From Eledone cirrhosa (taxonomy: Eukaryota), in contig OZ024740.1 in NCBI GenBank assembly GCA_964016885.1, positions 65,224,001 through 65,288,000 on the forward strand: a stretch of DNA of 64,000 nucleotides, read 5' to 3'. The translations under genes were made by a program, and so were the position numbers. Under the pieces are notes generated by a model, which had not been told where the DNA came from, did no database searches, and saw nothing but the letters and a program-made list of their open reading frames with translations. Every line of letters begins with the position of its first letter. Position 1 is the stretch's first letter. This document shows, piece by piece, positions 40,087-54,539 of the stretch.

Positions 40087-43000
40087 AAAGTTCTATTTAA
40101 AATTGTTGGGATACAACAAGTAAATATTTTATAACTGATATAAAGCACTCAAGTTTTGGGAGTGGATATAGGATATTAAATAAATGGAAACTATATTTAT
40201 AAAACCATATTTATTTCATTATACATATTTCAGGGATACCAAATTAAAATATGGTATGCCTTCATCAGACAAAATACAATATATAAACAGTTTTATAAAT
40301 AATTTTGACGTACCCTATTAGATGCGACCATTATTTTTGGAAGCTGTCTGGATAGTGAGATGTTTATAATTATTTTATTAGTTATAGTGTTAAGCACAGT
40401 TAGAAAAAAGACGGAGAGAAAGAAAAAACGGAGAGAGAGAAGGAGAGAGAAAAAGAAGGAGAGAGAGAAAAGGAATTATATGCAGAAAAGAAAGATATAT
40501 ATAAAGAGAGAGGAGGAAATGAAAAAGAAAGAAAAAATAAAGAAATAAGAAAGACAAAAGAAAGCAACAGAGAGATAATAATTCATCATACAGATAGAGA
40601 AACTCAAGAGAGAGGAAGTACTATATAGAGAGAGGAGGATATAGTGACAAATTTACGTCATGTCATATTAAGTTGAATTAACAATTCATATGAAATGAAT
40701 AATAAAAATGTAAATATCAATATTCATGAATGGGACATAGATATATAATATGAGAAAATAACATTGTTCAATAATGACCATATGTTTAGTTTAAAACATT
40801 GAGGTCAATATACCAAAATCTGAGTTAAAACCTTCAAAAAATACCCTATTTATAAAAATACGGATACACATATGTATATATATATATACACGCATATGTA
40901 CGTCCTGAACAAAGAGAAAATTATGTCTCCTCCAGTCAATAATATAGACATACATATGATTTCACTTGATCACTTCTATACATTTTTTGTGTTATAAAAA
41001 TTTCACAGTATATCTCCATAAAAATACGATTAATATTCATGTCCTCATATATATGATTACCGTTCATGTATTTAATATTATGCATATCTGCAACACACAT
41101 CAACATATACACACATCAACATATACACACACAACCATACATACACATCTAATCTAAATGAAAATGTTTCAGATTTGGATAAAATTTTCAAATCTAAAAA
41201 AATCCACCCCCCAACAAACTACTAATGGATTTTGAAAACGATATAATTTCTATCATCCAAGCATCAAATTCAAGAGAAACTTCAAAGGCCAGGACTATTT
41301 AAGATGTATTAAGGATAATATTGAAAGCTTGGACAAAACAGAGAAGATCTTTGTGAAATCGGACAATACTAATAACCTTTATGGAGTACAAAAGGACATG
41401 TATAACGGCCTTATATTGAAAGAACTAAGGAAAAAGTACAAGGTAGCAAGTAAGGACGAACTGGAAAAAATGAATACAGAGGCATCTTGTATAATGCATG
41501 AATTAGACATTGAGAATAAAACACAACCCTTCATGCCTAGGAAACCCAAGATCAATATGAAAGATCACAAAAGAAACTTTGAAAATGATTTGCCAGTCAG
41601 ATTGATTGCACCATCAAAATCTGACCTGGGAAAACTTAGCAAAGACATTCTAGACAGGGTAATACAAAAAATTAAAAACTTAAATAATTTACCTTACTTA
41701 AAGTTATGGAAGGGGACTGGTGAGGTTATTGAGTGGTTTAAAGAAATTAAATATAACTATAATAATAAGTTTATTCAGCTTGATATTGCTAACTACTATT
41801 CATCTATCACTCCTAATCTACTGAATAAGGCACTAAATTACACATTTAAACATACCGACCTAACTAGCAATGAAATGCACATTATATTATCGGCAAGGAA
41901 AACATTGATAGAATTTAATAACCAACTATGGACTAGGGTAGATAGAGATAATAATTTCGACATAACTATGGGATCATCAGACTCAGCTCAGGTAACGGAC
42001 CTTGTGGGCCTATTTATAATTAATTCGCTACATAGAAAAATACCAGGTGTAACCGGAGGATTATATTGTGATGACATGCTTTTACTTATTGAAAATAATA
42101 GCTGTGAACTAAATAGAAAAAGAAAACAAATTATACAATTTTTTAATTACCTTAATCTAAAAATAGAAATAGAGAATAACCATAGAATAGTCAATTTTCT
42201 GGATGTAACACTAAATCTCAACACATGTCTTCACTATCCATTTCACAAACTAAATGAGAACTTGAATTATGTCAATTTTAACTCTAATCACCCCAGATCT
42301 GTTAAAAATACTATAGTGAACTCTGTTCAAGAACGAATTTCAAGAATTTCATCTAATAAAAATATTTTTGATGAAAAAGCGCAGTATTACAATGAAGCGT
42401 TAGCTAGAGAGGGATATAGAGATAAAATTAAATACATCGATAATAATAAGCAAACTAACCAAAATAATAACAATTTTAATTACGGTAACAACTTTAACAA
42501 CTATAATAGAAAACATTACAATAATTCCAAAAGCCGAAAAAGAAATAGAACTAGAAATATATTATGGTTTGCCCCCCCTTTCTCACTAAATATTAAAACC
42601 CATATTGCTAAACTATTTTTTAATGCTCTTGACAAACGCTTCCCTAGAACACATAACTATCACTCAATTTTTAATAGACACACTATAAAATTAACTTACT
42701 CGTCCACCAAAAATTTAGCACAAAATATTAACAGAATTAATAATAGGAATTTAAAACCTAACCAAAATACCAACCATAACCCAAACAATATTCAACTAAA
42801 TAACTGTAACTGTAGAAATAAATCTAACTGTCCGTTAAATAACAACTGCTTAGCTAAAAATGTAGTGTACAATTGTAATGTTAAAACTAATTTAAATTCT
42901 TTCAACTATAGTTGGTTCCACCTCGAGAGAATTTAAACTTCGCTTCAATAATCATAAGAATTCTTTCACAGATCCAAACAAAAAATCCTCAACTTCGCTA

Positions 43001-44765
43001 TCTAGCCTACTCTGGCACCTTAAACGAGATAATGTTAAATATTCGATGATTTGGAATATTGTCTCAAAGGTATTCCTTTTAATTCCTCATCAGAGAGTTG
43101 TGATCTTTGTATAGAAGAAATATTCTTTATATTAAAGTCCAAAAATTCCCTTAATTTAAGGAGCAATTTATTCAGTTGCTGCAGACATAGATTGAACTGA
43201 ACGTTTAAATATAAATATAAATTTAAAATGTAGTATAATTAATTAAGAAATTTAGTTAATATATGAAACCTGACGATAAATCATTAGATTCCTTCACCTT
43301 TTTCTTTGTAAACTTTCTTCCTAAATATAAACAAGGATATAATAAACTACTCTAAAATGTATATGCTCCCAATGTATTAAATAAAATTTACGTAAGATAA
43401 ATTTCTATACTAAATATAAGGGCATCCGTAGAATCACTGGGTCTTCTAAATCTTTTAAATTATTTTTATTTTTATTTTTATTTTTTATTTGTTTTTTACT
43501 CTGATAGCTTCTAATAACTTTCATATGTCTACCCTTGCAATATTTTGTTTGAGATATAGGTAGGATAGATTTCTATAATAAATATATAAAACATATTATT
43601 TTAACTTGAGATACTCTATAGTGTTTTAAAGATATTTAATTCTTTGATATTTCTATATTAATATATTGATATTTGATTATCTCTATACAAAGGCAATGTA
43701 TGTGTATTAACATGCATATAACAGGTTTATAGGGTTTATTTATATGTTCGTATATGTGTCTGTATATATGCATAACAATGCTGGAAAACTCACGCAGATA
43801 TTTATTTATACATATGTATGTGTATGTATGGTTGTGTGTGTATATGTTGATGTGTGTTGCAGATATGCATAATATTAAATACATGAACGGTAATCATATA
43901 TATGAGGACATGAATATTAATCGTATTTTTATGGAGATATACTGTGAAATTTTTATAACACAAGAAATGTATAGAAGTGATCAAATGAAATCATTTGTAT
44001 GTCTATATTATTGACTGGAGTAGACATAATTTTCTCTTTTTTCAGGACGTACATATGCGTGTATATATATATACATATGTGTATCCGTATTTTTATAAAT
44101 AGGGTATTTTTTGAAGGTTTTAGCTCAGATTTTGGTATATTGACCTCAAGGTTTTAAACTAAACATATGGTCATTATTGAACAATGTTATTTTCTCATAT
44201 TATATATCTATGTCCCATTCATGAATATTGATATTTACATTTTTATTATTCATTTCATATGAATTGTTAATCAACTTAATATGACATGACGTAAAGTTGT
44301 CACTATATCATCCTCTCTCTATATAGTACTTCCTCTCTCTTGAGTTTCTCTATCTGTATGATGAATTATTATCTCTCTGTTGCTTTCTTATTTCTTTCTT
44401 TTTTTCTTTCATTTTCATTTCCTCCTATCTATTTATATATATCTTTCTTTTCTGCATACATTCCTTTTCTCTCTCTCCTTATTTTTCTCTCTCCTTCTCT
44501 CTCTCCGTTTTTTCTTTCTCTCCGTCTATTTTCTAACTGTGCTTAACACTATAACTAATAAATTAATTATAAACATCTCACTATCCAGACAGCTTCCAAA
44601 AATAATGGTCGCATCTAATAGGATACGTCAAAATTATTTATAAAACTGTTTATATATTGTATTTTGTCTGATGAAGGCATACCATATTTTAATTTGGTAT
44701 CCCTGAAATATGTATAATGAAATAAATATGGTTTTATAAATATAGTTTCCATTTATTTATTATCG
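40084..44765 (+). mobile_element. 5'-truncated Naiad-type PLE (family C) with a ~1-kb inverted 3'-UTR copy at its 5' end
   Basis: ORF 41329..42936 (VKSDNTNNLY, MKDHK, QLDIANYY, MGSSDSAQVTDLVG, GLYCDD, LWFAPPFS, CNCR..CPL..C) with a frameshifted GIY-YIG to ~43200. 40178-41148 is the reverse complement of ~43814-44760. Confidence 0.92.
44660..44724 (+). ncRNA. Minimal type I hammerhead ribozyme (inverted copy at 40212-40276)
   Basis: tattttgt CTGATGA aggcatacca..tggtatccct GAAA tatgta TA atgaaata. Confidence 0.85.
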
Positions 44766-44796
<31 letters not shown>

Positions 44797-44837
44797 GTTA
44801 TTCCTGGTTGAATCGGAGGTAACCACAGTAAGTAAGA

Positions 44838-45110
44838 TTTCTTTTTACTTGAAAAAAAAGCCTTCGTGAGCCTCCTTTTTTCAAGTAAAAAGAAATTCAA
44901 ACACTCATATATGAAAAAACAACCTGTGACAACCCCCCCTCTCTTATTTGAAGAACTATTGTAACGCGAATTGGCGCGAAATTTATTATAATTATTGACA
45001 AACCAATCAAATTACTTCTCGAAAAACCTGGAATTTCGAGCCACTTTTTCCATATAAAACAAGTAACATTCAGAGACCAACCAGATGTGAGAAAAACCAC
45101 AGACCCTCCA
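44838..45110 (-). repeat. Interspersed repeat related to the duplicated ~300-bp block at 9735-10290
   Basis: Shared ggttgttttttcatatatgagtg, gaatttctttttact and ggctcacgaaggcttttttt motifs; terminal hairpin at 44838-44896. Confidence 0.65.
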
Positions 45111-45120
45111 TCTTAGCTCA

Positions 45121-45158
45121 CCTTTTGAAAAGCAGAAGAACTGCGAAATCGGTAAAGG
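45121..45158 (+). ncRNA. Minimal type I hammerhead (U3:A8) in a family D tail (45121-45295)
   Basis: CCTT TTGAAAA gcag-aagaa-ctgc GAAA tcgg TA AAGG, then AATAAA. A decayed copy lies at 57549-57585. Confidence 0.8.
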
Positions 45159-45306
45159 AACCAAATAAATATATATTTAAAAAAAAAAATAAGACTTCAG
45201 TTGCATTTTCTATTTCATCTCTTTTTCTTTATACTTTCACTGGTGTAGGACACCTCGGTTATTTTTCATTTTGTAAAAAAAACCTCACTTTCTAATATAT
45301 ATATAT

Positions 45307-45468
45307 AAGGAAAGAAGTGTGGTAAGGAACCAGGTGGACTATAACGCACCCGAGTACTCGATACTTTTGGGGTAGTAGAGTGGCTAATAGGAAAAGAGTC
45401 AGGACTCCGACGGCTAGAAATAGCCGTGGAAACGGCTTGACCTCTGCAGTCGGGGTATTGCCTCATTT

Positions 45469-45472
<4 letters not shown>
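45307..45472 (-). mobile_element. Solo family A tail with internal inversion
   Basis: Diverged reverse complement of 25766-25866 that switches orientation at cggcta-gaaa-tagccg (~45418). Confidence 0.8.
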
Positions 45473-45513
<41 letters not shown>

Positions 45514-45722
45514 CGAGGTTAGAAAGCGAAATGAATGGATAAACAAACAAATCGGATGAAAAGAATGTTATCTTTTTTACCTTAATTTATTTATATGTCC
45601 CAATATTTCGATATCAAGATCTCTTTTTCTGAGGAAAATAAAGGGAATAAGTCAATATCCGATGAGGCACGCTAAAATATGCTGCCGGGAGGTTCATATA
45701 TTTGTATATGTATTCATTATTA

Positions 45723-45910
45723 AGCGGTGGATTGGCAGTATCGGTCGAGTGTCGGAGGCCACGCTTTGCAGCAAAGAGTTACGGCCCTTTATTGTCTGAG
45801 TTCAAATCCCCCTGAGGTTAACTTTGCCTTTCATCCTTACGGGGTCGATAAAATAAAGTACCAGTAATACAATGGAATAATTGCCGTCCTTGTGCCAAAA
45901 ATAGAAACAA
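45723..45910 (+). mobile_element. tRNA-derived SINE, diverged copy
   Basis: Same A/B boxes, central domain and tail as the 28203 copy. Confidence 0.88.
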
Positions 45911-46221
45911 GTATTACTAAATCATGAGTTTGTGTTACTCTGGAGTATCACCTGTTTATCACGGGGCAATCAGGCAAGAAGTAAAGTTTTAATAGTAGAC
46001 ACAGTATAAATATAGGAAGATTTGAGCTGGTGGAGGGAGATTTGATTGAGAAGGGCTAATTAAGATAGGATGGACAGGGTGGCGGTGGTGGTGGCGTTGG
46101 GGTATAGGGCTGTGTGACAGAAGGTGATAAAGGGTGGTAGTGGGTAGAGCCATATAATTATTACTGGTCAGTGAGAGGCAGGTGGTGAATGTGGTATACA
46201 TTGAAATACTCGCGCGCACCC

Positions 46222-46282
<61 letters not shown>

Positions 46283-46285
<3 letters not shown>

Positions 46286-46638
46286 TAATCAAAATAATGA
46301 ATAAACAAAGAAACCGTTCCTTATTTTAAAAAAATTCATCGTTTTACGATCGTTTCTAGGCTATATATGTTAGTGTTGGTATGCATATCCTATAGATCTA
46401 TGTAAAATTTTTACAAACTATCAGAAGGAATATACATACCTACACATATATATTTCTGAAGATAGCATATATATGTGTAGGTATGTATATTCCTTCTGAT
46501 AGTTTGTAAACATTTTACATAGATCTATAGGATATGCATACCAATACTAACATATATATCCTAGAAACGATCGTAAAACGATGAATTTTTTAATATAAGG
46601 AACTGTTTCTTTGTTTATTCATTATTTTTATTAATTTA
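46283..46638. mobile_element. PLE-tail fold-back (~170-bp arms) containing a hammerhead with a long stem II
   Basis: Arms 46283-46452 and 46467-46638. Plus strand: ttt CTGAAGA (46456-62) tagcatatatatgt..acatatatatccta GAAA (46564-67) cgatcg TA aaa. Confidence 0.8.
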
Positions 46639-46778
46639 TCTTGACTCTGTTTTCCTGTATTTTTCATCTAAAAATTTTTTTTGAATAAATCCTCTCTTTT
46701 CATGATATTCGGATTACATTGAGTTCTTCATACGCATTGGACACTACTGTACATTTTGGTAGATTTATCTATATTGTT

Positions 46779-48370
46779 ATATTGTTATACTTGGGGAGGG
46801 TCATATTTGTGTAATATTGCCAGAATTAATAACAGAACACACTCACTGTTTGGTTGGTTTTCGCTTCTCGCTTATGTGTCTTTTATATCGGTAATCTAAC
46901 TTACTTGGTCCTCAATGTTGCCATTGACTGACCGACGGTCAAAAATAATACAGATACAATATAGACACAAACACATATATATAGTTTATCATAAATATTT
47001 CGTTGCACATCTGCAACATCGTCAGTGGTGCTATCGTTTCCTCCCTTTGCATTGTATGTGTCCAGCATGTGCGACCCAACAGAAATGGAAAGGCACATCC
47101 AACACTTCATCAACCGCATGCAGTTCTCTAGCTACAACCAAAGAGACAGAGTCAGAGTATACGAAGGAGCCATGGAGAAGTATAAGACCCTCATGGAACT
47201 GGACATGAAAGGAATTTGCCCATTATACAGGAGCAAATCATGGAATAGCTTAGATAGGGCTAGACATAAGATAGGGAAAGCCACCTCATGGTACGACAAC
47301 CAGAGATACCAGAGTGTCATGTTTGTGGACGCTACCCCTGGAGGGAAATTAGCTAACCAGTGTAGAAAGGCCCTGCGAAAGACCCACTTAAAAATTAAGG
47401 TGGTAGAAAAGCCAGGAACCACCATAAAATACCTGATCAGCAAAACCTACCCTTTTAAGAAAACCCACTGTACCAATAGGAAATGTATCATACGTAAGGT
47501 AAAGCCCCGGATAAACTCTAAAACTAGAAACGTAGTCTATAGCATAAGATGTACAGAGGGTACTTGCAGAAACATGACAACAACATACATAGGTGAGACA
47601 GCTCGTAGCATATGTGAAATGATAGACCAACACTGGGGGAACTAAAAGGACGAAAAAACGGGTCAGTATTATACGAACATGCTAGACAACAACATGACGG
47701 TAACATAGACAACATAGAAATTAGAATAATATCTAAACATAGAAATGACCCAGCAGATAGGCAAATCAGAGAGGCCAGTGAAATAGAAATTAGAAGACCA
47801 AGACTAAACAGAAAGAATGAATGGAATAACAACACCCAAACAGACAACACTGACCTAAGAGAAGTATAAATAAGTAAATAAAATAAAATAAATAAATAAA
47901 TAAATAAATACATACATAAACAAGCACAATAACAACAAGCACATAAACACACACTAGTCACCCACCACACATCAAACAAAACACTATACACACACGCAAA
48001 CCCCTGCGCAAAGAAGACAAAATAAAATAAACAAACAATCAAACAAATAAATAAATAAATATATAGACAGACTGAATAAAAATGGCGTAGACATACAATG
48101 CAACAGGAGGAAACGATAGCACCACTGACGATGTTGCAGATGTGCAACGAAAGATTTATGATAAACTATATATATATGTTTGTGTCTATATTGTATCTGT
48201 ATTATTTTTGACCGTCGGTCAGTCAATGGCAACATTGAGGACCGAGTAAGTTAGATTACCGATATAAAAGACACAGAAGAGAGAAGCGAGAACCAACCGA
48301 ACAGTGAGTGTGTTCTGTTATTAATTCTGGCAATATTACACAAATATGACCCTCCCAAGTATAACAATAT
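46779..48370 (+). mobile_element. 5'-truncated Penelope-like element of a non-Naiad clade with inverted pLTR
   Basis: ORF 47025..47645: PLYRSKSW, VMFVDATPGGKL, KVVEKPG, VVYSIRC..YIGETARS (GIY-YIG). 46779-47060 is the reverse complement of ~48090-48370. Decayed HHR at 48121-48162 (CTGACGA t gttgca-gatg-tgcaac GAAA). Confidence 0.88.
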
Positions 48371-48411
48371 TCATTTCGACACACGATTTCATATAAAAAA
48401 CCTCGCAAAAC

Positions 48412-48459
<48 letters not shown>

Positions 48460-48498
48460 GACATATATATATATATATATACATATATAAATATAATG

Positions 48499-48545
<47 letters not shown>

Positions 48546-49725
48546 TATATATACGACGTGGTAAGAATAGAGCAATACATTAATTCAAGAGTTTACTATA
48601 AAATCGATGAGAGATGTATTCGCTCACAGTATTTAGCTATGTATCTACCGTTGTGTCCACCAGGCTAACTTTTAAATGTGATGCTGAATGAAGATGACGC
48701 TTTCGTCTTCAGTAGTGTCTCAACTACGCGCATAGTTATGAGGTTTCACACAGAAGCATTTAAACTCAGGAACGTGTTGTTTGTAATTAGAATGAACAAA
48801 TACAGTAGTGGCCAATATTCATATTATTCATAATGTTTTATTACATAAATGTCAGTCCAATATTGGCTTGACTGTAGGGAGATATTTCAATGAAATTACT
48901 GTCTCACAGAGATTTATAAGATTATAAAACTTGTCTCATAAGTGAAAGAATGGAGAAAGATAAGCGAAGTGGGACGTGTTTACACATAATAATAATGGAT
49001 TAATAGACAATACAAATCATTGATTAGAGCTGTAATATTTGATTTGTCTTTATCTTTATTATCGTCTTTTATTTTATTGCTGAAAGGAATGAGTCGTAAT
49101 TTAGTGAAAGAGAATCTTGACATAAATCGATATATAACAACAAAAGTTGAACTATGCAGGAACATGTTGGCATTTTCCAGGCACCAGCGTAGCAAATCTG
49201 CAATATGAATTGTTCTATACAAGAATTTCAAAAATAGAACAGCATTTGTGTAAACAAAATCTATGTAGACAAACTGTATACGATGAGATAACAATAATCT
49301 TGCGTCGCGCTAAAATGTAAATTCCAGATTTTAATATTAGATTTGTCCTATTGTTGTTGTTGTCATAAATATTACATTTAACGATCCAAAGTATAACCAA
49401 ATTATGAAGAGGTTTATTTGAACAGCAGGTGACTTTGCTTTCAAACACACTGCGAGGAATCGTAGTCAAATGTATTTTTCTTTTGGGTGAAATAGATTAA
49501 GCGTAAAGACATTCTAAACTCGTATGCATGATGGAACTGATAACACAAATAGCCAATCATGTTACATATCAAGTCACGATGAATCAAGCCTAAGAAATAA
49601 ATGCTTTAAGATGTCAAGTAAAGTGAAATACTCGAACACATAGTTGAATAGGCCATTCCGTTGACAGGAATAACGAGTTATTCCTTACATCGTCGAAATT
49701 AATGTTTTGTTACGCCATTGAATAA

Positions 49726-49943
49726 TAGTTTCTTATATAGGCGTAAGGGCAGCGATTTTGGGGGAGGGGAAAGTCGATTAAATCGACCCCAGTTGGGGAC
49801 TGGAAATTTATTTTATCGACCCCGTAAGGATGAAAGCAAAATTAACCTCGGCAGGATTTGATCTCAAATCGTAAAGGGCTGTAACTCTGTGTTGCAAAAC
49901 ATGGCGTCCAAGACTCTACCGATACTGCCAATCCACCGCTCTG
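49726..49943 (-). mobile_element. tRNA-derived SINE, longer variant, with TSD
   Basis: A/B boxes and central domain on the minus strand, plus an extra ggggtcgatttaatcgactttcccctcccc segment. TSD cgccattgaa at 49713 and 49944. Confidence 0.88.
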
Positions 49944-51015
49944 CGCCATTGAACAATGGATATATAAATCACTCGCAACTAATTGTGTGAATAAAAATAT
50001 AGAAGAGTTGAAATACTGTAGTATTACTATTATACTTTGAAACTGCTATTATAATCGCAGGTTTGTAGACAATTTAATAATTTCTTCTAGGTCTTTACGA
50101 TTGAGTGGGCAACGTGATAATACAATTGCCATGAATATGATGATATAGAACATGTAATTTAATCGATATTTAATAACATTATTAAGCTTCATTTGAACAT
50201 AAATATTGTATTGTAAGACAGTCGTAGAATCAGTTGTAATATTGAACACGAGTAAATGACAGGTATTTATTTATCGACCTCGGAAATATAAGTACAGAGT
50301 CGCCAATTTACGATTTTTAAAATATCTTATTTCACCGAACAATTTACATTTCAGCTATCATAATAATGGTGACGTTAAATCAAGATAAACGTTTCATTTA
50401 GACGAAGCTCTTTTGCGATGTTGATGACAACCCCCCCCACTTCAGTAGAATAACAGTTATAGTCCTATATAAAAAAAAAAAATATATATGACCTTTCTCT
50501 ATTGTAAATGTACATCTGTTGGACGTGTATTGCAGAACTTCGAAATACATGCATTAGACATTTTGTTCCATCAAATATATGTGGACATTCACTAGCATCA
50601 AATCTTCCGTTCGTGTTTATAAGCCACAATATAAACATAACCATTGTACTTGATATTCAAATATGCCAGTATCAGAAACGACAAATCACCAGACAGTATA
50701 ATTTCATTAAAATTATTCTGTGTGACTAGTCTCTTTAGAATTAACTCCATTTTCCTATGTAATATATTGGCTCCATGCATATTGATAAACATGCTGGCAT
50801 GTGCGCATCATGAGTTTTATTGCGTATAGGCATGTATCAGAAATAAAGCTCATGGATTTAGACTAGGTTATCAGCATGATTACAGTTGAAAGCGATTTTA
50901 TATTGCTATATTCGCATATAAACTGAACTATTCATTTGTATTGCATTAGTATATTTTCGAGATTCTTATGTACTTTGTCACACACACATACACACATATA
51001 TCTATACATATATAT

Positions 51016-51090
<75 letters not shown>

Positions 51091-51132
51091 GTGTGTGTGT
51101 GTGTGTGTGTGCGTGTGTGTGTGTGCGTGCGT

Positions 51133-51163
<31 letters not shown>

Positions 51164-51175
51164 CGTATGTGTGTA
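51016..51175. repeat. (GT)n/(GC)n compound microsatellite
   Basis: Direct reading. Confidence 0.97.
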
Positions 51176-53689
51176 TATATATATACCTGCTACCACTGAT
51201 TTTATAATGCACATTATCTAGTTAATTCTAATTGCAGGAAATAATTTTTGCACGAACAACATTAATTTGATATAGCTACGTTAAAACATATATATTAATT
51301 ACTAAATATAAATATTAAAACATTTGAATCAATATTTCTTAAATCAATCTAGGAAGATTTAGATTTCTGTGCATAAAGATATATATCTTATTTCTACCGA
51401 CTATAAAATGACTTCGCGATTCTTTCTGCCATTACATGCCATAATAATAATGATTTCAAGCATTAACTCATATAAATATATTTGTGGCAAAGGGATCACC
51501 GCAATTTGCTACCCACAAGAATCATAAAATGGAAAGTCTGCATTAGGAAAAACCGACAGAATAAATTAAGTTTTTTTTTCTCTGCAGCGATCTCCAAACG
51601 TATACATTGGATCTCAGTTACATATTCCAACGTAACAGATATTCCTCGGGTCTTTCAGTCATTACAACAATCAGGAAAATAATTACCTTGTATTAAGTTA
51701 TATGACTCTGTACAGTAGACACATAATGTGATAAAATTCATATCTCATATACTCACTATTCCAATACGTTTTACAACAACCACAATAGATCTGTATCACT
51801 TAGGTCTAAAGCCATTAGACTGACATATATTTCCCAACTCTGAATTTTGTTTAAAACTCCATTAAAGGAAGCTGGACGAAATAAGGAAAAACAACGATAT
51901 GAAAGACAAATACAAAGGAAGATAAGAAAGCATCAACATGTATACTGAAGTAGATTATCAGTCGACAGTATATAGTCTTATATCGAAATACAGTGACACT
52001 TGATTATATATTATGAAGAAATATTAAAACTGAATACATATATATCTAGTAGAATGAAAGTGCAAGAGTTGTTTATAATAAAACTGATGAGGATTAAACT
52101 TGACAGAAAGTAATAACAAATAAATAAATAATAAAAATAAACATCACAATTCCAGCGGTAAATCTCTGGTAATAGAGAGTGTTGATAATGCTAATAATGG
52201 TTATATTAAGAGTAATGAAAATAGTGGTGATTAGACTAATAACTTCTTCATTATACAAGGATGGAATTTGTGTATCTTTTGTTTTTGTTTAACGTTGGCG
52301 TTATTCCCAAAGATAAGCAGTCATGCTTCTGCATATTTCTGTTGATCATGTGGGCTAATTTATTTTGACAACAAAATGTTCCTGTATATATCTATCTGTC
52401 TATGGGGGAATCGAGATGTGTGTGTATGCGAAAAAGAGAGAAAATGAGAAAGTGAGTGCGTATAAGCATGTGTGTGGTATAGAATGGATATCTTATCTTC
52501 TCTGCCTTATTATATTTTTATCATTACGAATGTTTCTCGTGACATTCTTAATTCAATTTTAACAAACATGCTATTTAGATCTTTAGAAGCTAATGTTAAA
52601 TTGTGCAAACCTGGCGACTGTAATTTATTGTGCTACGTTATTGGGTGATTAAATTTCCTTTAAGCTGATATTAAATAGTACGGTACACCGAATTTCCGGC
52701 ACGTTAAATTGCACTTGGCGAATTTGTTTTTCTAAACGATTACATTAGCCCCAACTCTCCTTCGCCATAGTTTAGATCAAATTTGAAGTTGCCATTGCCA
52801 AAGTAATTTGTCCCGAGTGTGTCAGATTAGCATACATATATTATATGTTTTTATCACATAAAAAAAAATATTCTTGCACAGACAACATTAGATTTAATAT
52901 GCCACCAAGGTATGTGATTTAATGTTCTTGGTATTTAGCCAAAGGTCAGGCCTGCGATCAGATCTTTCCACTCATTACCATTTCGTCTTATTTTCAGGCA
53001 GTATACTTAGGGCTATATTGATTAATGTATCCTTCCATTTTTTTTAGGGCGGCGATATTTTTGAGAAATATTACAGAGAAACTTAACAGATCAACGAAGC
53101 GCTGAATGGCTTCTATTTAAATGAAGTTGTGTGACAGTATAGCATTGTATGATAGGCGATGTTTTGCGGTGTTTAGTTAGCTGCATTTCTTCAAGTCCTG
53201 GGAAAAAGTGCTAATACAATATTTTCCTGTTTAATTATTTAAGTTGTGGTCACCCAGTAAAGTATGAACCAAATATAATGTTATGAAACATAATTCTCAG
53301 ATATTTTATGGAGAGAAGATAAAGTCATTATGCAAATCCCAAAACTGAACTTAGTTTTCACCCATTATATCCACAAAAATAGGGTACTTTATTTTGTCGC
53401 TTCCTGGAGGATGAAGGTCAATATTTATGTCCATTGAATATGAAGACAGAATGATGTCTAACTCAATAACTCAAATAGTATTTTCTAGTTTCCACCAATG
53501 GTTTCAAACCTCTGCGTCATAGAGGTTCCGATGGTAAACACAAGGTATCAAATAATCGATTAGATCTACATTAGAATTTAACTGGGACTAATTTTAAGAA
53601 CTTAAGAACCTATATTACACCACGCAATGTCAGCACCGATTAAAATTCAATAAAAAAAATTAGAACCTATATAAATGGATCGTCAATCT

Positions 53690-54515
53690 ACAACTTATGC
53701 ATAGACGAAGGAAGAGGATATAAATATCTTAGAACATTGGACGCAAATGGAATAAAGCATGAAGTATCAGGCAAGCAAAAAGTATTTACGACGATTGAGG
53801 ATAATATTAAAACCAAACCTCAACTGTGGGAATATAATCCCTGCTATAAAGTGCAGTATACATCATTAGATATAGTGCTGGCATCATAGACTGGACAAAA
53901 ACAGAGTTTTAGGCCTTGGATCGCAAAACTACAAAGGTGCTGACGATGTATGGAGCACATCATCCCAAGGGAGAGGTGGACCAATTATATATAAAAGGAA
54001 CAAATGGGGGACAGGTGTCATAGGAATAGAATATTGTGTTAGAATAGAAATGGAAGGGATAGAGCAATATCTACGTGTGCTCAGAGAGATGACACTGGGG
54101 ATAGTAAACAGAGCTATTTTTTTAGGAATTAACACTTGTGGAAAATGTAAATAAAATGTACGAAATGAACATGAAACTGAATATGAGGGCAAGATACTAC
54201 GCGGGCAGTTCAGAAAAGCATCAGATAATCTGAGAGGAATGAGATCGGGAGATAAGCTAAACAAGGGGTATTTTTAAAAGGAAACAGAGAGTAAAATCAT
54301 TGCAGCACAAGATCAGACAATTTGAAACCAACAACATCAGAAAAATAGTGTATGAAGAAGATGTATCTCTTCTGTGTTGAATGTGTTGCAGTGTAGTTGA
54401 AACATTAACACATATTATCTCGCACTGTCAGAAACATGCTCAAAACGTGTATAAGAAGATGAAACATGATAGGGTGACCAAATTAATTCACTGGAAACAG
54501 TGCAAGTAGTAGGGA
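53690..54515 (+). mobile_element. Old, degenerate R4/Dong-type LINE fragment
   Basis: Broken translation GYKYL..DANGIKH, IIRYSAGIIDW, LDRKT, ETESKIIAAQDQ, C.MC...ETLTHIISHC, KHDRV..IHW, collinear with the element at 1001-4653. Confidence 0.8.
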
Positions 54516-54539
54516 ATGTGATCAATGGAGATTCCACTC

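Noticed and set aside
22440-43200. Selenocysteine (in-frame TGA) recoding, reported for some Naiad PLEs
   Set aside because: The long Naiad ORFs here contain no in-frame TGA. The lesions I traced are frameshifts or TAG, and the TGA at ~43198 is terminal. No SECIS was recognised.
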